A DNA stretch of 64,000 bases from Squalus acanthias. Its lineage: Eukaryota. Made by a program: the position numbers and the translations under genes. Shown here piece by piece: positions 53,327 through 63,927 of the stretch; positions within the stretch are counted from its first letter, which is position 1; each line of letters opens with the position of its first letter. The stretch is taken from NCBI GenBank assembly GCA_030390025.1, contig CM059433.1:4216001-4280000 (forward strand), read 5' to 3'. Under the pieces are notes generated by a model, which did no database searches, had not been told where the DNA came from, and saw only the letters and a program-made list of their open reading frames with translations.

Positions 53327-54487
53327 CTAGAAGCGGCTTGCTATTAGTCGTTGACGGACGGCCCTTGCAGTTTGACCATTGTGGGCCGCCCTCCTGCCTT
53401 GGTGCTGCTGCTGATCATCGTCCTCGGCCTGTTCCTCCTCTTCCTCCTCCTCCTCTTGTGGTGCTGCAAGGCCTGGTGGCATTGGCTGCGTCCTGAGGAT
53501 TGCCATGTTGTGCAACATGCAGCACACCACTACGAATTTGGAAACTTGCTCAGGCGAGTACTGCAGGGCTCCTCCGGAATGGTCCAGACAGCGGAATCGT
53601 TGTTTGAGCACGCCGATTGTGCGCTCAATAATGTTCCTCGTTGCTTGTTGGCTTTCCTGGTACCGCAGCTCAGCAGGGGTGTTTGGCGCACGGAGCGGTG
53701 TCATCAGCCAGGTGCTCAATGCGTACCCCTTGTCCCCCAGAAGCCAACCAACTGGCTGATGCGGTGCCTCGAAAATTTCTGCCACAGTACTCTGGCGCAG
53801 GATGAAAGCATCGTGGCAGCTGCCCGGATAGTGGGCATTGACAGCGAGAATCACCTGTCTGTGGTCACAGACCAACTGCACATTCAAGGAATGGAACCCC
53901 TTTCTGTTCCGGAACTCCTCTGCATTCTCTCGCGGAGCACGCAAAGCCACATGCGTGCAGTCAATGGCGCCCTGCACCATGGGGAAGCCCGCTACCCTCG
54001 CAAAGCCCATAGCACGGTCATGCTGCTTGTCTGGGCTCATAGGGAAGGAGATGAAGTCTCGTCTCCTTGTGAAGAGGGCATTGGTGACCTGCCGGATGCA
54101 GCGATGCACCGCAAACTGGGAGATATTGGCGAGGTCCCCAACAGCAGCTTGGAATGAGCCAGTGGCGTAGAAGTTCAAAGCCACTGTGACCTTCACTGCC
54201 ACCGACAGAGACGTCCTGGACCTCAGCTGAGGCTGCAGATCTGGCTGCAGCAGGTGGCAGAGCTCAGTGACCACCTCCTTGCTGAATCGCAGCCTTCGCA
54301 AACACAGCTCCTCGGACATGTGGATGTAGGAGAGCTGTTCACGATATACCCTGGGAGGGTAAGCTCTCCTGTACATGCGCCTGATGGCCCTCCTCCGTCT
54401 GGCCATCATTGCCACTCTCTGTCTGCGTCTCACTCTCCTCCGATTGAGCTGGAGCAGGACGACGCCCCCAATCATTGCAGCCCCCAT
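53327..54487 (-). CDS. Harbinger DDE transposase (HARBI1-like family), intact 386 aa
   Basis: ALNFYATGSFQ, GAIDCTH (D), NRKGFHSLNVQ, PGSCHDAFIL, LLGDKGY (D), IIERTIGVLKQRFRCL (E), CCMLHN; ATG to stop uninterrupted. Confidence 0.95.
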   Translation of the reverse strand: MGAAMIGGVVLLQLNRRRVRRRQRVAMMARRRRAIRRMYRRAYPPRVYREQLSYIHMSEELCLRRLRFSKEVVTELCHLLQPDLQPQLRSRTSLSVAVKVTVALNFYATGSFQAAVGDLANISQFAVHRCIRQVTNALFTRRRDFISFPMSPDKQHDRAMGFARVAGFPMVQGAIDCTHVALRAPRENAEEFRNRKGFHSLNVQLVCDHRQVILAVNAHYPGSCHDAFILRQSTVAEIFEAPHQPVGWLLGDKGYALSTWLMTPLRAPNTPAELRYQESQQATRNIIERTIGVLKQRFRCLDHSGGALQYSPEQVSKFVVVCCMLHNMAILRTQPMPPGLAAPQEEEEEEEEQAEDDDQQQHQGRRAAHNGQTARAVRQRLIASRF

Positions 54488-55464
54488 ATTCTCTTTGCCA
54501 GAAAAGTAATGAGGTACAGCAACGAAAGTAGCAGCAAAGTTAGGATGAACTAGGCAAAACTACCTCACAAAGCGTTGAGTCAATGTAGAAGTCTCTCTCT
54601 CTCTCTCTCCGAATCTCTCTCTCTCTCTCAGAACGAGTGGTGCATAAATGTCTACCACAGAAAAAGACAGGAAGAGGCCCCCTTTAAATAGCGCCCCCCC
54701 CCAGCCCCACACCGATTGATAACGTTCCAGTCTTCCGGTCGTTGGAAGCGCCAGGCGGTAAGGCAGGGGGCGCCACTCAATTTCCGCTCCGGGGCGCCCC
54801 AAGGGCGTTGCACCACGGAATGACGTCACAATCTGCGCGCGCAGGTGGTCGCAGCGGTAAGTTTTAGCGCCGCCGCACAATCTCAAGTTAAGTTCTCGAG
54901 CGGCGCAAACAGCGCTGCGCCCGGGCGTTAGCACCTTAACGCCCCATTAGCGCCCATTTAAGGCGCTAACGGGAGGCGCAACCAACTGAATTTTTACCCC
55001 TTGGACTATAACCTGGTGTTGTGCGACCTCTCAATTCAGATAGACAAGATCATGGATGGCTTGTGGCCGACAAGGTGTACCTCTTGGTGTCATGGATAAT
55101 GAGTCCACTAAGCATTGCAAGAAGAGCAGCTGAAGAACACTCCAATGAGGCACCTGCCTCAACCAGCATTGTCATTGAGAGAACCATGAGAGTCCCAAAG
55201 CGACACTTCCGTTGCGGTGGTAGATCGGGATGGGCTGTGCAATATGCTCCAGAGCTTGGATCCCACTGATTTATAGTTTATTGGGCCCAGCAAAACTTTG
55301 CCAGCCAAAAAAAGGTCCAAACGCAGAGGTTCCTAGGGGAGGAGGTCCCACCTGCTTTGGAGGCAGAATAATATGGGTTGGAGCATCAGAAGGACCATCA
55401 CTCAGAGGATTCCTCAGCTGCAAGGGGCATCAGGACTCAACCCATTATTGAAGTTTTCTCAGAT

Positions 55465-56195
55465 ATAAACAGAAAATGCTGGAAATACTCAGCAGGTCAG
55501 ACAGCATCTGTGGAGAGAGAAACAGAGTTAATGGGCTGGATTTTCATTGACCCATGGAGGTGGGTTTGGAGGCGTGTGGGGAGTTAAAATTGCGAAAACT
55601 GGCGGGTGGGCACAAGTCCGCCTCCACACAATTTTCATTAAATCGTGTCTGCTGGTCCCGACTCCGTCCCGCATTTAAGAGGCGGGATAGGCTGTTAAGG
55701 CCCTTAACAAGCACTAAATTGGCTCTATAATGCCATTTTGAAAGGCCTTTGTGATTTTAACCCTTGTTCTATGTGAAGCACGCCTGTTCTGAACCATGAA
55801 TGTGAAACCTGGCGGTAACACATTTCGAAAGCTGACTATCAGCTGCAGGTCCAATATTACAACGGAGTAGTAGTAGGAAAAATATATAGGAACAGACTTA
55901 GGGCTGCTGATGCTCATTTTCCATCCAGGTCCTCTCACAGCAAAGGCCAAGCAGTCTCTGAAGACCTTCAATGCAGCAGCAACGATGACATCATCAGAGG
56001 CGACTGAAAACACTAATTGGGTCATGGGTTCCCACATGCTGGAACTCAATTGCCCAATTAGGTAAAAATTGCATCAATCTCCCACATCCAATTGCAGTTG
56101 GGTGGATAACACGAAAAGTGGATAACACGACCCCAACTCACCCCAGTATCAAAATCCAGCCAATGTTTCAGGTCTGTGACCTTTTGTCAGAACTG
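55465..56195 (-). mobile_element. Short Penelope family B 3' repeat, split by a MITE
   Basis: AACAGAAAATGCTGGAAATACTCAGCAGGTCAG...AACAGAGTTAAT|GTTTCAGGTC...GTCAGAACTG matches 46857-46936 and the reverse complement of ~48150-48243. Confidence 0.8.
55533..56161 (-). mobile_element. Harbinger MITE, internal-deletion derivative of the family at 5381-8637
   Basis: Left ~320 bp is the reverse complement of ~8310-8637; right ~200 bp is the reverse complement of ~5381-5590; TSD AAT at 55530-55532 and 56162-56164. Confidence 0.92.
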
Positions 56196-57049
56196 TTTAA
56201 CATACTCCTTCCATCACTGTTCTTATCTCCTGCTTTCACATAAATCACAAATCCTTCAATCCAGTATCCATCTTCGACATCACACCAGACCTAATTGGCC
56301 TCCATGAACATGCAAGTCTACATAATATGATTGAGTAACTGAGCATGACAAATGCACTCTTTCCTTGATAACTATAATCTCCATGAATAATTAAGCACAT
56401 TCACCTTTATTACAAGCTACCCAAAAGTGAAGTGAGCCTTCTTCCTCTTCCCTCTGGTTGCCTAAATGTGACTTCCTTATTCCTATTCTAGTGCTTCTCC
56501 TGGGTGCACCCCGAGAGCTAGTATCAGGGGAGATTACACATAGGTGTGACTTTTCTCGAGCATCCTTTGGTTCAGGTGAGTACCCATCAATTCTGAGTCC
56601 CACAACTCCAAAACCATGGGCAACCCTCTTCTCTATCTCCACTGGCAAGTTGGCACATCCACTCCCCAATCCTCAGGCTCCCTGGTTCTATGTGATTCCC
56701 CAGTGCCAAATCCTCACAAACCACGATATAAACCACCTCCCCCCAATCCCCCTACCCACCCCCCAGGTGAAAGTATCTGAGCTGGTGAGTGGAAGTCAGA
56801 TGGCACAGGAGTGACATTGAGACAGAGGAAGCAGACAATATTCTATTCTATGATTCTAGGATCTTTCTCCTGTGCGGTCTTTTCCTCAGCATCCTGTTCC
56901 TCATCATCGTCATTGCAAAATCATATTTGACAGAGAAGTAATGTCTGTCTTCTGCTCCCCCTCCTTCTCCTCATCAACTTCCTCCTCTTCTGCTCCCCTT
57001 TGCTGTGAAGGATTTGCAGGAAAGGAGAGTTATTTTTCTATGTTTCTAT

Positions 57050-57525
57050 AGGGAGTGCAGCGAAGGTTCACCAGACTGATTCCTGGGATGGCAGGACTGT
57101 CGTATGAGGAGAGATTGGGTTGACTAGGCCTGTATTCACTAGAGTTTAGAAGAATGAGAGGGAATCTCATTGAATTCTGACAGGGCGAGACAGACTGGAT
57201 GCAGGGAGGATGTTTCCCCTGGCTGGGGGGTCTAGAACGAGGGGTCACAGTCTCAGGATATGGGGTAGGACATTTAGGACTGAGATGAGGAGAAATTTCT
57301 TCACTCAGAGGGTGGTGAACCTGTGGAATTCTCTACCACAGAAGGCTGTGGAGGCCAAGTCACTGAATATATTTAAGAAGGAGATAGATCGATTTCTAGA
57401 CACAAAAGGCATCAAGGGGTATGGGGAGAGAGCGGGAATATGGTATTGAGATAGAGGATCAGCCATGATCATACTGAATGGCAGAGCAGGCTCGAAGGGC
57501 CGAATGGCCCACTCCTGCTCCTATT
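57050..57525 (+). mobile_element. CR1 3' fragment
   Basis: RTRGHSLRIWGRTFRTEMRRNFFTQRVVNLWNSLP; CR1 3'UTR. Confidence 0.9.
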
Positions 57526-57917
57526 ATTTTCTAACCCTGTTGTGATTAAGGAGACAGAGAAAGGTTAGAAAACACCTGGCGCTGTGCTGCTTCACAGGGA
57601 TTCCATGATGACTATCTAGGCCGCCGCCGATGCCCCCTGTGAGCAGCACTGCCTTCTGCCTCTCCCACTGTGTGGCCCATTCAAATGTTTGCGCGTGCGC
57701 AGTATCGCCAACGTGGAAGCCGGTGAGCGTCCTGCGCGGGACCTTGCGGAAGCTTAACGGGAAAATTGCATGCCGCCTGCACAATACCCACCAACTCGCA
57801 CCTCCTAATATCAAAGCAGAGGTGCCTCCCCAGTAGATTTACGCCCTGCTCCTCTGAGGTGTGATATCAGTTCTTTAATGTCTGGAATGCTCCCCTTTGG
57901 TCTCCTGTTTATCACAG

Positions 57918-58229
57918 AGTCGTCGTTGTCTTGTTCACAGATGTGATTTCCAGTTTTAAAAAAAAAAGTAAAAAGCTTAACTGCAGACTGCAGCATTTGA
58001 CACGTTGGACCCCCTGTGACCCCACCTCATTGTCTTAGCTGTACTCTGCTGTGTCTTTGATGTAATGCCTTCCTGACTGATTGTATCTCTGCAGACACAT
58101 TGTTCTCTGTCTATATATGCTTTGCTGATTTGTATTCCCTCACTTTACCTGACGAAGGAGCAGCGCTCCGAAAGCTCGTGATTTCAAATAAAACTGTTGG
58201 ACTATAACCTGGTGTTGTGCGACTTCTCA
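57918..58229 (+). mobile_element. Penelope family A solo 3' repeat with hammerhead motif (58145-58181)
   Basis: Matches ~16750-17140; CTGACGA...GAAAGCTCGTGA; TSD TGTTTATCACAG at 57906-57917 and 58230-58241. Confidence 0.9.
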
Positions 58230-58456
58230 TGTTTATCACAGGCATTGTACGCAAGTTACTCCTGAAACAAGATTAAGTAATTTAAGTGAAGATTAGCTTT
58301 TGAGGGATGTCTCCCAGGTTGCAGTAGAGAGCTAGAATGAGGGTTGAAGTGGAGGAAGCATGACATGTTAGCGTTCTTTATCCTGATCAACATTTGTGGT
58401 ATTTAACAAAAACAACTTGCATTTATATAGCGCCTTTTACAGAGCAAAACATTATT

Positions 58457-58880
58457 GGGAACGGTAGCGTAGTGGTTATGTTACTGGACTAGTAATCCAA
58501 GTAGGCCTGAACTAATCCAGGGGCATGAGTTCAAATTCCACCATAGGCAGCTGGGGAATTTAAATTCAGTTAATTTGAATAAATCTGGAATAAAAAGCTA
58601 GTATCAGTAATGGTGACCATGAAACTATCGGATTGTCGTAAAAACCCATCTGGTTCACTAATGTCCTTTAGCGAAGGAAATCTGCTGTCCTTACCCGGTC
58701 TGGCCGATATGTGACTCCAGACACACAGCAATGTGGTTGACTCTTAACTGCCCCAGCAAGCCGCTCACTTGTATTCAAAGATGACGGCTCACCACCACCT
58801 TCTCAAAGGCAATTCGGGATGGGCAATAAATGCTGGCCTTACCAACGCCGCCCACATCCTGTGAATGAATAAATAAAAAG
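58457..58880 (+). mobile_element. tRNA-derived SINE (unexpanded copy) with LINE-derived 3' tail
   Basis: A box TAGCGTAGTGG, B box GAGTTCAAATTCC; tail GGCTCACCACCACC...GGATGGGCAATAAATGCTGGCC shared with the LINE end at 63420-63510. Confidence 0.88.
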
Positions 58881-59204
58881 ATAAAGCTTGGATATAACTG
58901 GAGGAAAGGCCTCCTAAATTCAGGTCATTGAGTGATTTTCAGGAAGCCGCCCTCCAGATCATTGGCAGAGGCACATAGAGGGGCACTGCTGATGGAGCAG
59001 TCAGAGGCCTTTCCCCAGCCTGCATTCGTAATATTCTTCTAGCTGTTCCTTCTGACCCACCTGCTCATTCCCCAGCCAAGTGTGCAAACGTTTCCTGTGC
59101 CAGTGAGATTAGGAGAGGGACGAGGGTTGCCAATCCTCCAGTTTTTCCACAGGAGAGCAATTGAAGATTAATCTCCAGGTCACTGCGGCGAACAACCCAG
59201 GAAA

Positions 59205-59612
59205 GACAGACTTGCATTTATATAGCGCCTTTCACAACCACCAGACGTCTCAAAGCGCTTTACAGCCAATTAAATACTTTGGAGTGTAGCCACTGTTGTA
59301 ATGTGGGAAGCGCGGCAGCCAATTTGCGCACAGCAAGATCCCACAAACAGCAATGTGATAATGACCAGATAATCTGTTTTTGATATGTTGGTTGAGGGAT
59401 AAATATTGGCCCCAGGACACCGGGGATAACTCCCCTGCTCTTCTTCAAAATAGTGGCCATGGGATCTTTTACGTCCACCTGAGAGAGCAGACGGGGCCTC
59501 GGTTTAACATCTCATCCGAAAGACAGCACCTCCGACAGTGCAGCACTCCCTCAGCACTGCACTGGAGTGGGACTTGAACCCATAACCTTCTGACTCAGAG
59601 GCGAGTGTGCTA
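59205..59612 (-). mobile_element. DeuSINE-like tRNA SINE with L2-type tail; head resumes at ~62681-62705 after the RTE insertion
   Basis: Minus strand GGGAGTGCTGCACTGTCGGAGGTGCTGTCTTTCGGATGAGATGTTAAACCGAGGCCCCGTCTGC (recalled as Deu-domain-like); tail GGCGCTATATAAATGCAAGT. Confidence 0.75.
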
Positions 59613-62600
59613 CGGGAGCTCAAGACGTTTCGACATAGACATCACCGCCCTTAGCGAGACTCGGCGGGCAGGGGAAGGCTTGCTCAAGGAGCAAGACGGT
59701 GGCTACACCTTCTTCTGGAAAGGCAAACCTGAAGAAGAACGCCGCCTCCATGGGGTAGGCTTCGCCATAAAAAATGACTAGTTGGGTGTCTCAGAGACTC
59801 CCCGAGCGGTATAAACGAACGCCTCATGACTCTTCGGCTCACCCTAGCCCGGAACCAGTGCGCTACAGTCATCAGTGCGTACGCCCCAACATTGGAAGCC
59901 ACAGACGAGACCAAAGAAGAATTCTACTCCAGCCTCGAACAATCCCTGGCAGAGAGGGGGTAGGGAAAGCCAACTCCAACGGTACCCTCCTCCTGATGAA
60001 ATGCTTAGAACATGGCCTTGTCATAACCAACACCTTGTTCCGGCAGAGAGACAAGTACAAGGCTTCATGGCAGCACCCTCGCTCCAAGCACTGGCATCTG
60101 CTGGACTACGTCATCGTCCGAGCGAGAGACCGCAAGGACATCCACATCACCCGCAGCATGACAGGAGCTGACGACTGCTGGACAGACCACCGCCTAATCC
60201 ACTCTGTTATCTCCATCAATGTAGCCCCAAATCAGCGGCGGCAACAGAAACAATGCCGCAGGAAAATCAACGCTGGAACACTGAAAGACCCCGCTAAGAA
60301 AGCCCTATTCAGCCTATGCCTCACAACCAACCTGATGACTCCCAGTGATGCAGAGACACAGAGTGTCCACAGCACCTGGTCTGCACTCAAGGCCTCCATA
60401 ATCAGCACCTGTGAAGAGACGCTCGGTCATTCGACCAGGAAACACCAAGACTGGTTCGATGAGAACGACCAGGAGATCCAGGAGCTAATAAGCCGCAAGC
60501 GCAAGGCATTCCTGATCTGGAAACAGCAACACAACTCGAGAGCAAGAAAGCAGCTCTACAGACGCCTGAAGGCCGAGGTCCAACAAAAAACTCGCGACCT
60601 AAAGAACAGATGGTGGGTGGAGAAAGCGCAGGAGATCCAGCAGCTAGCCGACAACCACGACGTGCGTGGATTCTTTAGCGCAGTCAAGACCACCTACAGC
60701 CCAAGCACCCAAGGTCCTACCCCACTGCGGGCCAAGAACGGAGAGGTACTCATCAAGGACAGAGAGGAAGTCAGTGCCCGCTGGAAGGAGCACTTCGAAG
60801 ATCTCCTTAACCGAGACTCTGTCTTCGACGCGAGTGTCCTCAACTCCATCATGCAGCATGCTACCCGCCACCATCTCAGCACAACCCCAGCCCGGCATGA
60901 GGTTGAAAAGGCCATCCGACAGCTGAAGAACAACAAGGCCTCAGGAGCAGATGGAATCCCCGCCGAGGCGCTAAAACATGGCGGAGAAGCACTACTGGCG
61001 CGAATTCATGAACTTATTTCTCTTATCTGGAAGGAGGAGAGCATGCCAGGGGATCTCAGAGATGCCGTAATTGTGACCATCTTCAAGAAAGGTGACAAGT
61101 CCGATTGCGGTAATTACAGAGGAGTTTCCCTGCTGTCTGCCACAGGGAAAGTCATCGCAAGAATCCTCCTCAATCGCCTTCTCTCAGTGGCTGAAGAGCG
61201 CCTCCCAGAGTCGCAATGCGGATTCCGCCCACTAAGGGGCACAATGGACATGATCTTCACTGCACGTCAATTACAAGAGAAATGCAGGGAACAGCGCCAA
61301 CTGCTGTACATGGCCTTCTTTGACCTCACAAAGGCCTTTGACACTGTCAACCGTGAGGGATTATGGAGTGTCCTCCTCAAATTCGGCTGCCCTCAAAAGT
61401 TTGTCACCATCCTCCGCCTGCTTCACGACGACATGCAAGCCGTAATCCTGAACAACAGTTCCACCACAGACCCAATTCATGTATGGACCGGGGTCAAGCA
61501 AGGCTGTGTGATCGCACCAACGCTCTTCTCGATCTTCCTTGCGGCAATGCTCCATCTCACCCTCAGTAAGCTCCCCGCTGGAGTGGAGCTAATTTACAGA
61601 ACAAACAGAAAACTGTTCAACCTCCGTTGCCTCCAGTCCAGATCCAAGGTCGTCCCTTCCTCTGTCGTCAAATTACAGTATACAGACGACACTTGCATCT
61701 GCGCACACTCGGAGGTCGAACTCCAAACCATCGTTAACACCTTCACCGAAGCGTACGAGAGCATGGGCCTTACACTAAACATCCATAAGACAAAGGTCCT
61801 CTACCAACCTACCCCCGCCACACAGTACTGCCCCCCGATTATCAAATTCCATGACAAGGCCTTGGACGACATGGACCACTTTCCATACCTCGGGAGCCTA
61901 CTGTCAACAAGGGCAGACATCGATGACGAAGTCCAACACCGCCTTCAGTGTGCCAGTGCAGCCTTCAGTCACCTGAGGAAGAGAGTGTTTGAAGACCAGG
62001 ACCTCAAACCCGGCACCAAGCTCATGGTCTACAGAGTAGTAGTAATACCCGCCCTCCTGTATGCCTCAGGGACATGGACCATGTACAGCAGGCACCTCAA
62101 AGCACTGGAGAGGTACCACCAACGCTGCCTCCGCAAGATCCTGCAAATCCATTGGCAGGATAGGCGCACCAATGTCAGTGTTCTCGCTCAGGCCAACATC
62201 CCCAGCATTGAAGCTTTGACCACACTCGATCAGCTCCGATGGACGGGTCACATTGTCCGCATGGCCGATACGAGACTCCCAAAACAAGTGCTCTACTCGG
62301 AGCTCCAACAAGGCAAGAGATCCCCAGGTGGGCAGAGGAAATGCTTCAAGGACACCCTCAAAGCCTCCTTGAAAAAGTGCAACATCCCCACCGACACCTG
62401 GGAATCCCTGGCCCAAGACTGCACAAAGTGAAGGAGAAGCATCCGGGAAGGCGCCGAACACCTCGAGTCTCTTCGCCGGGAGCAAGCGGAAGCCAAGCAC
62501 AAACAGCGGAAGGAGCGCACATCAACCCAAGCACCCCACCCACCCGCCCCTTCAACCACCGTCTGCCCCACCTGTGACAGAGACTGTAGGTCCCGCATTG

Positions 62601-62680
62601 GACTCATCAGTCACCTGAGAACTCATTTTTAATGTGGAAGCAAGTCATCCTTGGTTCCGAGGGACTGCCTAAGAAGAAGA
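59613..62680 (+). mobile_element. Near full-length RTE-clade LINE (APE + RT), decayed
   Basis: DIDITALSETR, GYTFFW, SAYAPT, WHLLDY; NYRGVSLLS, FFDLTKAFDTV, GVKQGCVIAP, YTDD; (AAG)n tail; deletion in the APE domain. Confidence 0.93.
59774..62431 (+). pseudogene. RTE ORF (885 aa open frame; true RTE frame from ~59955; premature stop at 62431)
   Basis: First ~60 aa are out of frame with the APE; TGA where sister copies have TGG. Confidence 0.85.
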
Positions 62681-63409
62681 ACCCACTCAGCCACAGCTGA
62701 CACTAGGGGGAATTAAAAAAAAGTGTTCTTTTTTTAAAAAAAATTCTTTGAACACTTTTATTAGTTATAAAAATATTGGACATGGGGAAAAAAGGCAGTT
62801 TGACTGACAATCAGGTAATGAAGAGTATTCGCTTTCCAATTGGTGTGGGAAGGCAGTGCACAGTGAGGAAGGGCATGTTGGTTGACCAACGGCAGGCATG
62901 TGGGGGCGGGCGGTTGGAGGCTGGAGGTCACGTGTGACACCTCCAGGAATATGTACAGCCAGAGCTGGCAAACCTAAGAGAGACTCCCGTCAGAAACTTC
63001 AGCACAACCTGCCCTGCGAGGTGTCGGCACAGGAGAGCAACACAATGAGCCGAAGGAACCCTTCTTTTACCATTCAGAAAACTGGGGCTGAAGGAACCTT
63101 TTGGCCTGCTTTTTTCTCATAACAGTTGCACTCGGAGAATTGCTGTCCCCACTGGAACAGCTGGATGCATGGATTTAACAGAATGTTTCTGGCATGTTAT
63201 TTACCATTAAGTGCCTGATTCTATTTCCCTGAAGTAGATCGCAAAATAAAGTGCCAAAAAGAAAAGAACCTGCATAGCATAAGTTTTACAGTATTGCAGC
63301 CTTCTAAAAGTCCTGTGCAATCATCTCTGAAAACTCACAGCTTCGAATAACTTACAGACCAATAATTGGAGTTATTTTCGTGCACTGTGCTTCCCATCTT
63401 CTATAATTT

Positions 63410-63927
63410 TTTTTAAAATTTGTTTATGGGATGTGTGCGTCGTTGGCAAGGCCAGCATTTATTGCCCATCCCAAGTTGCCCTGAGACGGTGGTGGTGAGC
63501 CACCTTCTTGAACCGCTGCAGTCCGTGTGGTGAAGGTTCTCCCACAGTGCTGTTAGGGAGGGAGTTCCTGGATTTTAACCCAGCGACGATGAAGGATCGG
63601 CCGATATATTTCCAAGTCAGGATGGTGTGTGACTTGGAGGGGAACTTGGAGGTGGTGGTGTTCCCATGCGCCTGCTGCCCTTGTCCTTCTAGGTGGAAGA
63701 GGTCGCGGGTTTGAGAGGTGCTGCCGAAGAAGCCTTGGCGAGTTGCTGCAGTGCATCTTGTAGATGGTACACACTGCAGCCACGGTACGCCGGTGGTGGA
63801 GGGAGTAAATGTTTAAGGTGGTGGATGGGGTGCCAATCAAACGGGCTGCTTTGCTCTGGATGGTGTCGAGCTTCTTGAGTGTTGTTGGAGCTGCACTCAT
63901 CCAGGCAAGTGGAGAGTATTCCATCAC
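63410..63927 (-). mobile_element. 3' end of an APE-RT LINE (possibly the family at 12985-16282)
   Basis: MEYSPLAWMSAAPTTLKKLDTIQSKAARLIG...SLHHRRTVAA; 3' tail shared with the SINE at 58457-58880. Confidence 0.8.

Larger units (their letters stand above)
50654..55000. mobile_element. Full-length PIF/Harbinger DNA transposon (4347 bp)
   Basis: TIRs GGGGTAGAAATT / AATTTTTACCCC; TSD TTG at 50651-50653 and 55001-55003; convergent Myb/SANT and transposase genes. Confidence 0.96.
49314..55036 (+). mobile_element. Penelope-like element (RT C-terminus + GIY-YIG + 3' repeat), split by the Harbinger at 50654-55000
   Basis: DTRISIKDGHLSTSLYRKPTD...HFSSFHP; YIGETMQTLRQ...GLNRD; hammerhead 50594-50635; TSD CAGATAGACA at 49304-49313 and 55037-55046. 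Confidence 0.9.
48560..55450 (+). pseudogene. Fossil Harbinger transposase split by nested insertions (pieces ~48560-48997, 49159-49313, 55037-55450)
   Basis: Pieces read NLSEEVCGRRVRFSK, LSFYATS, AMDGKHVALQAP, YHSLNVQLV, GSYHDAFILR, GWLVADKVY, VIERTMRVPKRHFRC, collinear with the intact transposase at 53327-54487. Confidence 0.85.

Noticed and set aside
53351..54157. Long plus-strand ORFs overlapping the transposase (and similar antisense ORFs over LINEs)
   Set aside because: Antisense shadows of GC-rich coding sequence with no motifs
53327..54487. Domesticated host gene HARBI1
   Set aside because: It lies within TIRs and a TSD alongside a Myb partner, so it is a transposon gene
58457..58545. 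tRNA gene
   Set aside because: A and B boxes are present, but it is the head of a SINE with no cloverleaf or terminator
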